Positions 16,926 through 29,300 of a stretch of 41,469 nucleotides of DNA are shown here, one piece after another. How positions within the stretch are numbered: position 1 is the stretch's first letter; every line of letters starts with the position of its first letter. The notes beneath the pieces are model-generated. The model had not been told where the DNA came from and did no database searches. It saw nothing but the letters and a program-made list of their open reading frames with translations. Location of the stretch: the NCBI GenBank assembly GCA_027047855.1, contig JALTTZ010000140.1, positions 1 through 41,469 of the forward strand. The letters run 5' to 3'. This DNA is from Nitrososphaeria archaeon (GTDB lineage: Archaea; Thermoproteota; Nitrososphaeria; Geothermarchaeales; JDFR-13). The position numbers and the translations under genes are program-made.

Positions 16926-17436
16926 AGATAGGTATTTGGATACCCCGTTGCCCTTGATACTTTCCACTATAAGGTTTCTCAGGCTTGGAACTCAACTTGG
17001 CAAATATAAGATGAAGAAACCGGTCACCCTTATGAAGAACCACAGGAAAATTACCTCCAATTAACTCAATAGTTAATTCCCCCTCGAAATTCGCATCGAC
17101 TATCGTCGGCGGAATGATTAACCCTATCCTAGCATAACTACTCCTCAAATTGACGAATGCCATAAGATCCTCCGGCATCTTAATATACTCAAGTGTATGG
17201 AGCAATACATGTTCATTCGGATATATAATAAACTTCTTACCTTCCTCGATCACAACAAAGTCGGATGCATCATCCACATGTGGATCGAAAGGCCTACCGG
17301 CGTTGCGTAATCTAGCTATTGCCCCACCTATCCTAAGGTCGACGCCGTTCTCCCTAATCGTATCTGGAAAGATAGGGTCTATACCCAGCAATCCCTCTTT
17401 GATGTACTTCCTGATATCCCGATCACTCAGAATCAT
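16888..17436 (-). CDS. dcd: dCTP deaminase (dUTPase superfamily)
   Basis: Motifs MILSDRDIRKYI, NGVDLRIG, ARIGLIIPPTIVDANFEGELTIEL and SGKYQGQRG match the Dcd family. Confidence 0.85.
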   Translation of the reverse strand: MILSDRDIRKYIKEGLLGIDPIFPDTIRENGVDLRIGGAIARLRNAGRPFDPHVDDASDFVVIEEGKKFIIYPNEHVLLHTLEYIKMPEDLMAFVNLRSSYARIGLIIPPTIVDANFEGELTIELIGGNFPVVLHKGDRFLHLIFAKLSSKPEKPYSGKYQGQRGIQIPIFKKASQSPHSSP

Positions 17437-17522
17437 AAGTTAACCCACCCAACAGCCAGATTGTATTTAAAAAATAAATATTCTATGGACACTTGATAAT
17501 AAACTAACTAAACCAGCACAAC

Positions 17523-18893
17523 TCAAGGAAGGTTCACCGGCCTAAGATAATCTTTTGGAGCGCCATCAAACACAGATAGATATTTCCGCAATACATTAGG
17601 AATCTTGACCCTTCCCTCCTCATCCTGATGATTCTCAATGATAGCTGTTATCGTTCTTTGAATCGCTAAACCAGTCGAATTCAATGTATGTACAAAGCCC
17701 TCCGATGGATGCCCACGCTTCTTGGCAAACCTAATATTTAACCGATAACTCTGCCAATCAGTACAATTGGATGCCGAAACCATCTCCCTAAACTTGCCCT
17801 GCGCCGGCATCCAAGCCTCTAAATCATATTTTCTAGCCGCCACAACACCAATATCACCAGTACAGATATCTACTACTCGATAGGGGATCTCCAAACCTCT
17901 AAACAGCTCCTCTGCATTTCGAATAATCTCCTCATGATACTCCCAGGACTCGTCTGGATGACAGAATATAAACTGCTCTATCTTGTCGAAATTGTGGACC
18001 CTAAATATACCCTTGGTATCCTTTCCATGAGCCCCAGCCTCCTTCCTGAAACAAGGGCTGAAACCCATAAGCTTTATTGGAAGCTCGCCAATCTCCAAGA
18101 CTTCGTTCATATACATTGCAGCCATTGGATGCTCACTGGTCGCAATCAAGTAAAGGTCCTCACCTTCAAGCTTATAGATAGCATCTTCAAAATCTGCCAG
18201 ACTGGTAACACCCATGTAAGCCTTCTTGTTCATTAGTGGGGGAGGGTAAACAGGGATATATCCTTTTGATGTCAGGAAATCGGTCGCATAATTAATTAGG
18301 GCCATTTGGAGGTAAACCAAGTCTCCCAACATATAATAGAACCGTGAACCAGCGACTTTGGCTGCTCTTGCCGTATCGGTTAAATGGGTTTGGTCCCCGT
18401 AATCGGCGTGCCCCACAATCTCATAATCGATAACATCATACTCAACATTGAACCCCTCAATCTCCTTAAGAAAAACGTCCAAATGTTTACGCATTACCTT
18501 GGGCCTACCCCAATAACGAAGAGGTTTATTATTACTCTCATCCTCCCCAATAGGAACATCCGGATGCAAGATATTTGGTATACTCAGCAATATCTCATCC
18601 AACTCACTTCGCACCTTATTATAGACTGCCTCTTTATCCTCAATCAACTTAGAGAGAGCCCTAGCTTCACTAATTAACTTAACCCTTTCCTCAGGAGAAG
18701 TCTTAGGTATCTGCTTATTTATCAAATTCCTCTTATGGCGTAACTCATCAAGCTCAATACCAAGCTGTCTAACACGTCTATCCAACTCAACAGCCTTATA
18801 TATAGGCTCAGGGGATAACCCCCTAACCTCCATATTCCTAATCAAAACACTAACATCATTCCTGAGGTAGTATAATATAGACCACATCTTCAT
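17523..18893 (-). CDS. serS: seryl-tRNA synthetase
   Basis: N-terminal coiled-coil arm and class II motifs (FSPCFRKEAGAHGKDTKGIFRVHNFDKIEQF, GTGLAIQRT-like NSTGLAIQRTI). The ORF-track TTG at 18911 lies inside or upstream of the predicted TATA-to-TSS interval. The ATG at 18893 or 18887 (MWSILYYLRN) is more likely. Confidence 0.92.
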   Translation of the reverse strand: MKMWSILYYLRNDVSVLIRNMEVRGLSPEPIYKAVELDRRVRQLGIELDELRHKRNLINKQIPKTSPEERVKLISEARALSKLIEDKEAVYNKVRSELDEILLSIPNILHPDVPIGEDESNNKPLRYWGRPKVMRKHLDVFLKEIEGFNVEYDVIDYEIVGHADYGDQTHLTDTARAAKVAGSRFYYMLGDLVYLQMALINYATDFLTSKGYIPVYPPPLMNKKAYMGVTSLADFEDAIYKLEGEDLYLIATSEHPMAAMYMNEVLEIGELPIKLMGFSPCFRKEAGAHGKDTKGIFRVHNFDKIEQFIFCHPDESWEYHEEIIRNAEELFRGLEIPYRVVDICTGDIGVVAARKYDLEAWMPAQGKFREMVSASNCTDWQSYRLNIRFAKKRGHPSEGFVHTLNSTGLAIQRTITAIIENHQDEEGRVKIPNVLRKYLSVFDGAPKDYLRPVNLP

Positions 18894-18970
18894 TAGAAGA
18901 CACCCAACCAATTAAAACAAGAAATGCATTATAAAAATTAATTTATTATGTGGGTGGAGGGTTATTAATC

Positions 18971-20596
18971 TTAACCGTCCTGAACCGCATGCTCAATCAA
19001 TGCTCTAAATAAGGGATTAGGCTTAAGAGGTCTAGAAGTAAATTCCGGATGGAATTGACTTCCCATAAAGAATGGATGGATATCTTGCCTTAACTCACCT
19101 AACTGCTTAATGCCATCCTCAGACATACCCGAGAAGATGAAACCACTCCTCTCCAATAGATCGACATAATCGGGATTAACTTCATATCTATGCCTAAATC
19201 TCTCGTATATCTCCGTCCTTCCATATACCTTGTGAGCTAGAGTTCCCTCTTTTATAATCACTTTGTGTGCACCCAGTCTCATCGTACCTCCATATCTACT
19301 CTCTCTCAAAAGCTTCATCTGCTCTGGCAGAATAGTTATCACTGGATGCGGAGTATTTCTATCTACCTCCGTGGTATGGGCACCCTTCAACCCAACAACA
19401 TTTCGTGAAAACTCGACGACCATCAATTGAAAACCATAGCATAACCCAAGAATAGGGATCTTATTCTCACGGGCATACCTAATGGCCATCATCTTACCCT
19501 CTACTCCAGTAGCACCAAAGCCACCTGGTATAATGACACAATCAACGTCGGCAAGCAAGTCCAATAACTTCGGATTATCCTCAATATCCACTGAGTTAAT
19601 ATACTGAAACCTGGGCCTGAAACCTAGAGACGCAGCAGCATGCTTAACCGCCTCAATGACAGATATATATGCATCAGGCAAGTTATATTTACCCGTCCTA
19701 AAATATTTTCCGACAATACCCACCACAACAACCCTATCCGAATTTTTCAGAACATCCACAAATCGCTCCCACTCACTGAGATCCTTCTTAACAGACTTAA
19801 GACCAAACTTCTCTAAAATCCTATCGCCAAACCCCATCTTCTCAAAAATAAGTGGAAGTTCATAAACAACCTCAAGGTCTGGTGCCGAGAAAATATCCCT
19901 CTCCTCAACATTAGTGAAAAGAGATATCTTCGCCCTCCTAACATCATCCAACTCCCCCTCCGACCTAGCAACAATAAAATCGGGCTGAATACCAATCGTT
20001 CTAAGCTCCTTAACCGAGTGCTGCACGGGCTTCGTCTTCATCTCCCCGAGAGACCTAAGAATCGGAACATATGCAACATGTACAAAGAGAACCCTACCAG
20101 GATTCTCCATCCTCATCTGTCTAGCCGCCTCTAAAAAAAGAATATTCTCGTAATCCCCTACAACACCACCAATCTCCACCAAGGTAAAATCACATGCACT
20201 CTTCTTGGAAACCCTATAAATCCAACTCTTAATCTCATCAGTTACATGGGGAATAGGCTGTACAGTCTGCCCCAGATATCTCCCCCTGCGCTCCTTCTCA
20301 ATAACAGAGTAATATATCTTCCCACTAGTGATATTATGATCTCTAGACAAAGTAATATCTAAGAAGCGTTCATAATGACCCAAGTCTTGATCAATCTCAC
20401 CACCATCCTCAGTAACCCATACCTCCCCATGTTCAGTAGGTCTTAGAGTACCAGCATCATAATTTAAATAAGGATCAATCTTGATGGCAGTTACACTAAA
20501 CCCCCTACTCTTTAGGATCTTTCCTATGGAGGCCGTAATAACCCCCTTTCCAAGCCCGGAAACCACACCACCAGTCACAAATATGTATCTAGTCAT
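18971..20596 (-). CDS. pyrG: CTP synthase
   Basis: YIFVTGGVVSGLGKG, DPYLNYDAGT, and the glutaminase domain (GLCYGFQL, HRHRYEVN). The second ATG (MTRYIFVTGG) matches the family N-terminus. A TATA-like element lies ~30-35 nt upstream, consistent with a short or absent leader. Confidence 0.95.
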   Translation of the reverse strand: MTRYIFVTGGVVSGLGKGVITASIGKILKSRGFSVTAIKIDPYLNYDAGTLRPTEHGEVWVTEDGGEIDQDLGHYERFLDITLSRDHNITSGKIYYSVIEKERRGRYLGQTVQPIPHVTDEIKSWIYRVSKKSACDFTLVEIGGVVGDYENILFLEAARQMRMENPGRVLFVHVAYVPILRSLGEMKTKPVQHSVKELRTIGIQPDFIVARSEGELDDVRRAKISLFTNVEERDIFSAPDLEVVYELPLIFEKMGFGDRILEKFGLKSVKKDLSEWERFVDVLKNSDRVVVVGIVGKYFRTGKYNLPDAYISVIEAVKHAAASLGFRPRFQYINSVDIEDNPKLLDLLADVDCVIIPGGFGATGVEGKMMAIRYARENKIPILGLCYGFQLMVVEFSRNVVGLKGAHTTEVDRNTPHPVITILPEQMKLLRESRYGGTMRLGAHKVIIKEGTLAHKVYGRTEIYERFRHRYEVNPDYVDLLERSGFIFSGMSEDGIKQLGELRQDIHPFFMGSQFHPEFTSRPLKPNPLFRALIEHAVQDG

Positions 20597-20728
20597 AATA
20601 AACATATCTCGACAATGGGGAATAAATATTTTTCGGAGAAGCGGGACATAATTAAATCGATATTAACAATGTTATATATTTTTCACCCAATGGTTATAAT
20701 AAATGTTAATTTATTAATATTCCTACTC

Positions 20729-20774
20729 TTTATATGACCTAATTTATTTATTATAAGACTTAAGTATTAGGAGG
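20729..20774 (+). promoter_or_regulatory. promoter (TATA-like tttatat / tttatttattataa) plus Shine-Dalgarno AGGAGG (20769-20774) for the OFOR operon
   Basis: AT-rich TATA-like elements at 20729-20756. A perfect AGGAGG sits 7 nt before the ATG at 20782. Confidence 0.5.
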
Positions 20775-20781
20775 CGATTAG

Positions 20782-23626
<2,845 letters not shown>

Positions 23627-23640
23627 AATTCCTCCTACCC

Positions 23641-23645
23641 TTTTT
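23641..23645 (+). terminator. oligo-T tract (T5), candidate archaeal terminator after the OFOR operon
   Basis: cccTTTTTcc lies 15 nt after the stop codon. Archaeal RNAP terminates at oligo-T runs (established). Function here is inferred. Confidence 0.35.
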
Positions 23646-23739
23646 CCAATCCTCAACTCTCCACCCATAAATCAGAATACTCGTATCAATACATTATTAT
23701 ATCCATAAATGCCTAAAATTTTTACTGAGGACTAGGAAG

Positions 23740-24891
23740 GTGCATCCGATGGATAAGCCAGAGATACCACCCCACTATTATATACAGAATAAGGCTAAAC
23801 AGATGAGGAAGCAAGGGAAAGATATCATCCTTCTCTCGGTTGGAGACCCCGACTTAACAACAGATAAAGCGATAATAGACGAGATGTATCGAGCAGCCCT
23901 CGCCGGACACACTCATTACGGAAACATAAGAGGAATAGACAGTCTAAGAGAAGCAATATCGCAACACATAAACACCGAATTAAATATAAACACAACGATG
24001 GATAACATAATTCTTCTACCCGGCTCCAAAACATCAATCTTTCTCCTTTCAACCGCTCTACTAAATAAAAACTCCCGAATAGTAATGGTTACCCCAACAT
24101 GGGGAGTCTACTTATATATGCTAAACAAATTCGGCTATAAATATACAATAATGAAATTGGTATATGAAAACATGTGGAGACCATCAAGCGAAAATCTTGA
24201 ATGGCTAAAAGAAATCAATTATGATGCGATAGTTATAATAAACCCTTCGAATCCGACAGGAAAGGTCCTACCAAAAGAAGATATAGAAGCGATTACAGAA
24301 ATAAGCATGGATAAAGGGGCCTACATATTTGCAGACGAGATCTACTATAACTTAATTTACGACGATATTAAATTTTACAGCTTCTTAAATACTGGTTACG
24401 AAAAGGCTGTAGGAATATTCAGCTTCTCCAAAGCATATGCCATGACCGGGTTTAGAGTTGGTTGGATAATAGCAGAGAGATATATAGTGGATGAATTGGC
24501 TAAAGTTATGACGCTTCTCTTTACAAATGTTCCAGACTTCATTCAATATGCAGCATTAAAGGCAATCGGAATGCAAGAATTAGTTAAAAGAAATAGAGAG
24601 ATTTATAGAAGGAGAACTAGATTAATGGAGAGAGGTTTGAGGGAACTTGGATTTGAGTTTCATAGGGTTGAAGGAGCATTTTATATATTCATAAAGACGC
24701 CAAGTGAATTTAGAGACGGGTTCCATTTCGCGTATGAACTATTGGAGAAGACTGGTGTGGCTGTAGCACCAGGCACTGCCTTTGGGGATTATCCCGAATT
24801 CTTTAGAGTAGTGACATCGATTTCAGAAGAAAAAATAGAAGATTCTCTCAACAGAATAGAAAAGTTCCTCAAGAGCTATAAAAATTATTGA
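23740..24891 (+). CDS. class I/II (aspartate/aromatic-type) PLP aminotransferase
   Basis: The PLP-lysine motif SFSKAYAMTGFRVGW, plus INPSNPTG and ADEIYYNL. The start is GTG at 23740 or ATG at 23749. Confidence 0.85.
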   Translation: MHPMDKPEIPPHYYIQNKAKQMRKQGKDIILLSVGDPDLTTDKAIIDEMYRAALAGHTHYGNIRGIDSLREAISQHINTELNINTTMDNIILLPGSKTSIFLLSTALLNKNSRIVMVTPTWGVYLYMLNKFGYKYTIMKLVYENMWRPSSENLEWLKEINYDAIVIINPSNPTGKVLPKEDIEAITEISMDKGAYIFADEIYYNLIYDDIKFYSFLNTGYEKAVGIFSFSKAYAMTGFRVGWIIAERYIVDELAKVMTLLFTNVPDFIQYAALKAIGMQELVKRNREIYRRRTRLMERGLRELGFEFHRVEGAFYIFIKTPSEFRDGFHFAYELLEKTGVAVAPGTAFGDYPEFFRVVTSISEEKIEDSLNRIEKFLKSYKNY

Positions 24892-24900
24892 AATAAGTTT

Positions 24901-26241
24901 TTAGCTGACTTCACTTAACGATATCCTAATAGACTCGTCGAGAATATCTAAGCCTCTATTCAGGATATCAAGTTCTATATTTATAGGTGGCACTAGTCTA
25001 ATTACGTTTCCATATATTCCGGCCGAGATTATAATCAAACCTCTAACCAAAGCATTCCTTATAATTCTCTCAGTCAACTCTTTCCAAGGTTTCTTACTAG
25101 CCCTATCCCTAACAATCTCGATAGCCTTCATAGGTCCAAGCCCCCTAACCTCACCAACCACCTCATACTTCTCATATATCTCCCTAAGCCTACTATCCAT
25201 CGCCTCAGCAACCCTTCTTGCATGCGACAGACTCTCTTCTATAGTATTGATCGATGCTAATGCGGCAGCCGCAGAGACAGGATTACCACCAAAAGTCCCA
25301 CCGATACCTCCAGTGTGAACAGAGTCTAAAACCTCCGCCCTACCAACCACCGCCGATATAGGTAGCCCAGATGCCATAGCCTTAGCTACAGTAACCATAT
25401 CTGCCTCTATACCGAAATGTTCAATAGCAAACAGCCTACCTGTCCTACCCAAACCAGACTGAATCTCATCAGCAATTAACAAGATACCGTATTTGTCGGC
25501 AATCTCCCTAAGCCCCTTAACGAATGACTTAGGAGGCACAATATAACCCCCCTCACCAGCCACGGGCTCAAATATAATAGCTGCAGTCTCATCGGGGGCA
25601 ATATATGTCTTGAAAGCCCTCTCAACAAACTCTAAAGCTACTTGGGCACACTGCTCCTCATCCTTAGACCCGAAGGGACATCTATAAGGATAGGGGTAGG
25701 GTAAACGGATTATTCCGGGCGCATAGGCAAAAAAACCAGCTTTATATGGCTTAACCTTACTCGTGAGACTCATCGTCAAAAGGGTCCTACCATGAAAAGC
25801 ATATTCAAACGTAATTACTCCAATAGCCTTCCTATAGTATCTGGCAATCTTAACAGCATTCTCAACGGCTTCAGCACCACTATTTAGGAAAAAGGCCTTA
25901 CCCGGCTTACGGATAGGTGCTATCGAGACAAGCTTCTCAGCTAATCTAAGATATGACTCATAACTAGCAATATGAATACAAGTATGAAGTAGTCTAGAGG
26001 CTTGTTCAACTATAGCATCATATACAACACGAGGCACATGACCCAAATTGGTTACAGCAATACCCGTAGCGAAATCAATATAAGTGTTTCCATCAACATC
26101 AACTACAAACGGCCCTGAAGCCTTATCAATGACTATAGGAGTATATTCGAAGATCCCATTAGGCACATACTTTCTCCTCAACTCAATGATTTCCCGTGAT
26201 CTTGGACCGGGAACTTCAGTCACAATAATCGGACCTTCCAT
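24901..26241 (-). CDS. class-III aminotransferase, 4-aminobutyrate/ornithine (GabT-like) type
   Basis: VPGPRSREI, DVDGNTYIDFATGIAVTNLGH, LIADEIQSGLGRTG, and the PLP lysine in VTVAKAMASG. Confidence 0.85.
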   Translation of the reverse strand: MEGPIIVTEVPGPRSREIIELRRKYVPNGIFEYTPIVIDKASGPFVVDVDGNTYIDFATGIAVTNLGHVPRVVYDAIVEQASRLLHTCIHIASYESYLRLAEKLVSIAPIRKPGKAFFLNSGAEAVENAVKIARYYRKAIGVITFEYAFHGRTLLTMSLTSKVKPYKAGFFAYAPGIIRLPYPYPYRCPFGSKDEEQCAQVALEFVERAFKTYIAPDETAAIIFEPVAGEGGYIVPPKSFVKGLREIADKYGILLIADEIQSGLGRTGRLFAIEHFGIEADMVTVAKAMASGLPISAVVGRAEVLDSVHTGGIGGTFGGNPVSAAAALASINTIEESLSHARRVAEAMDSRLREIYEKYEVVGEVRGLGPMKAIEIVRDRASKKPWKELTERIIRNALVRGLIIISAGIYGNVIRLVPPINIELDILNRGLDILDESIRISLSEVS

Positions 26242-26352
26242 CTAACCACCTTGCCCAGATAAATATAACGATATCTTTCCCCAGATATAAATATCTTAAT
26301 ATAATTCTAATAAACCTTAATTTAACTTAATTAAGTCATACAACTTAGACTA

Positions 26353-26643
26353 TTATTTGAACAGAATAATTTCCCTATCCTCCTCAGGAAGATAGGCATA
26401 AAGCTCCTTTTTAACCTCTTTATCCTCAATAACCAGATATCGCCCCTTCCCTTTCAAGGGTATGAACAGAAACCCTCTCATCCGACCATCCTCGCTCTTA
26501 AGATAAATTTTGAACTTATTTTCCACGACCTTCAGGGTTTTCGGGTCCCTATACTCAACCATAGCATACTCCCCAGACTCGACATACGATCTAACCTCCA
26601 TCCTTCCCCTACTACTATATGTAATTGATTTCTCAATAGGCAT
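26353..26643 (-). CDS. hypothetical small protein (96 aa from the ATG; beta-rich, charged)
   Basis: Open frame with an ATG at 26643 (MPIEKSITY; the ORF-track TTG is at 26655). No motif recognised. Divergent from the 451-aa ORF. Confidence 0.45.
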   Translation of the reverse strand: MPIEKSITYSSRGRMEVRSYVESGEYAMVEYRDPKTLKVVENKFKIYLKSEDGRMRGFLFIPLKGKGRYLVIEDKEVKKELYAYLPEEDREIILFK

Positions 26644-26748
26644 AGGACCCACCAATAAAAATTTTCCTAAGTATCCATTTATATATTAGTGGAGGAGAAA
26701 AAATTGAATAAAAATTGGTTGGATAGTTGAGAGGAGGTATATTTACCT

Positions 26749-28104
26749 ATGTATAAAACTATTTTCGATCCTACAATGATACTTCAAGAAGCTCAACAAG
26801 AAACCCAAGCCACAATTAACGAATTAATAATGTCATATATCAACTCTCTCATGCCCATCTTTATACTAATCATATTAGGCGTAATCCTCGGATTAATTGT
26901 AGATAGGATTTCCCAAGACAGAGTCATAAAACTCTTCAAAGATAACTGGGTTGTTCTGTTCTACGAAGATATAGACAAAAACGGGCTTAACGAGGCTTAC
27001 CTAGGTAAGATAAGAATTCCACCCAGATCAGAAGGAGCATTTGAGATCGACTATTCAATAAAAGCCATCGAGAACCCAATAAAATTAATCGCATATCTAA
27101 AAAGAGCTTATAGAACAACAGGCAAAAAGAAATATCTCGATAGAGCGAAGGACATATATGAGCGTCTCGTAAAAGAAGGAAGGATAGATATAGAATTTGA
27201 TAAAATAAAGTATGATCCTTTCTCTGAACCAACTGAAGCCTCAAAAAAGATATACAAGTCAAATATAAAAGACATATATGCAATAGTCAGGTTCGAAGAT
27301 TTTCTAACCGAAAAAGAGTTACTGGAAAAGAGAAAAGAGCTGGAAAAAATTTTTCACCCAGGACATCTTCGCCGATTCAGGAGATCAGTGTCAAACTTCC
27401 TATCATTGGTTAAAGACAAATTAAAAGCGGCTTTCGGAGTATTAACATCTACTATAGCTAAAATGGCGCCTATAAGCCCAGATATTTCCAAGGAGGTCCA
27501 GAAATATGGAGAGGCTGCTATAGGGAAGGTAGGATCCTATGAAGCATTGCTTGAGAATAGTATTGGGAAGTTGGTTAAGGTTCAAGTCAATGATGTAGAT
27601 AGAGTAGTTAGATATTATAATGGAGTACTACGTGAATACTCCCAAAACTTTATAGCAGTATATAACGTTGACTTCCCTATAGATGAAGAGGCAGTATTTA
27701 TTGAAGATAAATTATTAGAGGAGTTCCCCCGCGAGAGACTCGACTTCCATGGATGGGAGTTAAATGAACCGCAACATATAAAGATTATTAACTACAATAA
27801 AGACAGCGATAAACTGTCATTTGACATAAAGAACATCCATAGGGACCATATATTCATAGAGAAGGTTATAATAGGGGATAAAGAAATAACCCTAGAGGAT
27901 CCCAACTTCACACCAGGCGAGATAGAACATATAGAGGTAGATGGTGTCGAGGATAAAGAACCACGAATCAGGATACTCTACAAAATTATCAAAGTCGCGG
28001 ACGTTATCTGGCCAAACTCAAAAGCAAAGGTGGTAGGAGCAGGTGAACCAAGTGAGAGTCTTGTGGAAAGCCTATTGAGAAAAATTGAGAGAATTAAAGA
28101 CTAG
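26749..28104 (+). CDS. hypothetical protein with a single N-terminal TM anchor, no recognisable family
   Basis: 451-aa ORF with a strong SD (GAGAGGAGG) 8-10 nt upstream of the ATG. TM helix LMPIFILIILGVILGLIV at residues ~33-52. The remainder is Lys/Glu-rich with a beta-rich C-terminus. Confidence 0.6.
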   Translation: MYKTIFDPTMILQEAQQETQATINELIMSYINSLMPIFILIILGVILGLIVDRISQDRVIKLFKDNWVVLFYEDIDKNGLNEAYLGKIRIPPRSEGAFEIDYSIKAIENPIKLIAYLKRAYRTTGKKKYLDRAKDIYERLVKEGRIDIEFDKIKYDPFSEPTEASKKIYKSNIKDIYAIVRFEDFLTEKELLEKRKELEKIFHPGHLRRFRRSVSNFLSLVKDKLKAAFGVLTSTIAKMAPISPDISKEVQKYGEAAIGKVGSYEALLENSIGKLVKVQVNDVDRVVRYYNGVLREYSQNFIAVYNVDFPIDEEAVFIEDKLLEEFPRERLDFHGWELNEPQHIKIINYNKDSDKLSFDIKNIHRDHIFIEKVIIGDKEITLEDPNFTPGEIEHIEVDGVEDKEPRIRILYKIIKVADVIWPNSKAKVVGAGEPSESLVESLLRKIERIKD

Positions 28105-28111
28105 CTTACCC

Positions 28112-29242
28112 TCAGCTAACTGGTTTATACACAATTCCAAGTCTATCTGCATATTCGAAGGCGGCACGCATCTCATCTCTAGTGGGTCTCCTAGCTATAT
28201 CCCGGAACCTCTCACTATCACGCACAACCATATATTCAGGACGATACTGACCCATTATATTGACTAGAACCCGGGGGATATTATCGGCAATCCATTTTAA
28301 GACTTTCTTAGTACAACACTCAACATGATTAGGCATAACCAAGTGCCTTATAATTATCTCAGAGCCGTAATCATACACCTTCTTATGATTCCTTGATACA
28401 ACATCAAAGTACCTATCTATCCTACTATACCTAAATGCACAGTCATTATTTCCATACTTGAAGTCAGGAAGCCAAATATCAATAAGGTCAAGCAAGAGCT
28501 CCAGAGACTCTTTAGACATATACATGTTGCTATTCCACAACAGTGGGACATTATCAGTCATATATCGGAAGGATTCTATAATAACGTGGAGATTTTGATC
28601 TGGATTCCCCCCAACATAATTAATGTTACGGACTCCACGCCTATATAGGGAGGAAGCAATATCAGCCAATTTGCGAGCATCAACTACAACCCCATTAAAT
28701 GGGTCTCTACTAATGTCGTAATTTTGACAAAATACACACTTAAGGCTACAACCGGTGAAAAATATAGTTCCTGAAGGAACAAGAGGGGCCTCCTCGCCTA
28801 AATGAGTGAAGGCGCTTCCAACCCGCACCACCGAATCAAGACCGCAGAATCCCCTCCTTCCACCCAACCTATCGACCTCACACCTATGCTCACAGAGCCT
28901 ACACGGAGATATAAGTCTATAAACAAGCTCGATCTTGATATCCAAAAAGGATGTCTTAGGAGTTTCGAGGTCAGAAAGCTTAATATCACCATCCTTTATA
29001 CATCTAAAAACATCAATGAACTCGTCTCGCATCCCGGTATGGAGATTCCATAGCTCCTCCTCACCCATAGATTCAAGATCCAATTCCTCATTAATGCCGA
29101 CCCGTTTACAAATCAAATATTTAGCCGGTTTATATCCGTTCATAACCTCATAATACCAGGAGAGCCTATTCCTCACCTCAGGATCCATCCATACATCTAA
29201 TGCATCCGGCCTAATGAGGTAAGGGTAGTAACCATCAACCAC
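28112..29242 (-). CDS. radical SAM protein, PflX / pyruvate-formate-lyase-activase-like family (COG1313-type)
   Basis: Radical-SAM cluster motif GCSLKCVFCQNYDIS (CX3CX2C). An upstream Cys-rich segment (CRLCEHRCEVDRLGGRRGFCG) is typical of PflX-type proteins. GTG start. Substrate unknown. Confidence 0.8.
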   Translation of the reverse strand: MVDGYYPYLIRPDALDVWMDPEVRNRLSWYYEVMNGYKPAKYLICKRVGINEELDLESMGEEELWNLHTGMRDEFIDVFRCIKDGDIKLSDLETPKTSFLDIKIELVYRLISPCRLCEHRCEVDRLGGRRGFCGLDSVVRVGSAFTHLGEEAPLVPSGTIFFTGCSLKCVFCQNYDISRDPFNGVVVDARKLADIASSLYRRGVRNINYVGGNPDQNLHVIIESFRYMTDNVPLLWNSNMYMSKESLELLLDLIDIWLPDFKYGNNDCAFRYSRIDRYFDVVSRNHKKVYDYGSEIIIRHLVMPNHVECCTKKVLKWIADNIPRVLVNIMGQYRPEYMVVRDSERFRDIARRPTRDEMRAAFEYADRLGIVYKPVS

Positions 29243-29300
29243 CCTCTCAACACCAAAATAAGATTATGAAAACCAAACTAATTAAAATGAAGAAGGTATA

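Noticed and set aside
20615-20737. 40-codon plus-strand sORF (MGNKYFSEKRDIIKSILTMLYIFHPMVIINVNLLIFLLFI) in the pyrG/OFOR intergenic region
   Set aside because: It spans the AT-rich divergent promoter region of both flanking genes and has no SD or plausible promoter of its own. Hydrophobic codons are expected by chance in T/A-rich DNA.
28112-29242. Radical-SAM gene as a viperin-like antiviral enzyme next to a nucleotidyltransferase
   Set aside because: The cluster motif GCSLKCVFCQNYDIS and the upstream CxxCxxxC...C segment fit the PFL-activase/PflX family, not the viperin CNYKCGFCF context. There are no other defence-island hallmarks nearby.
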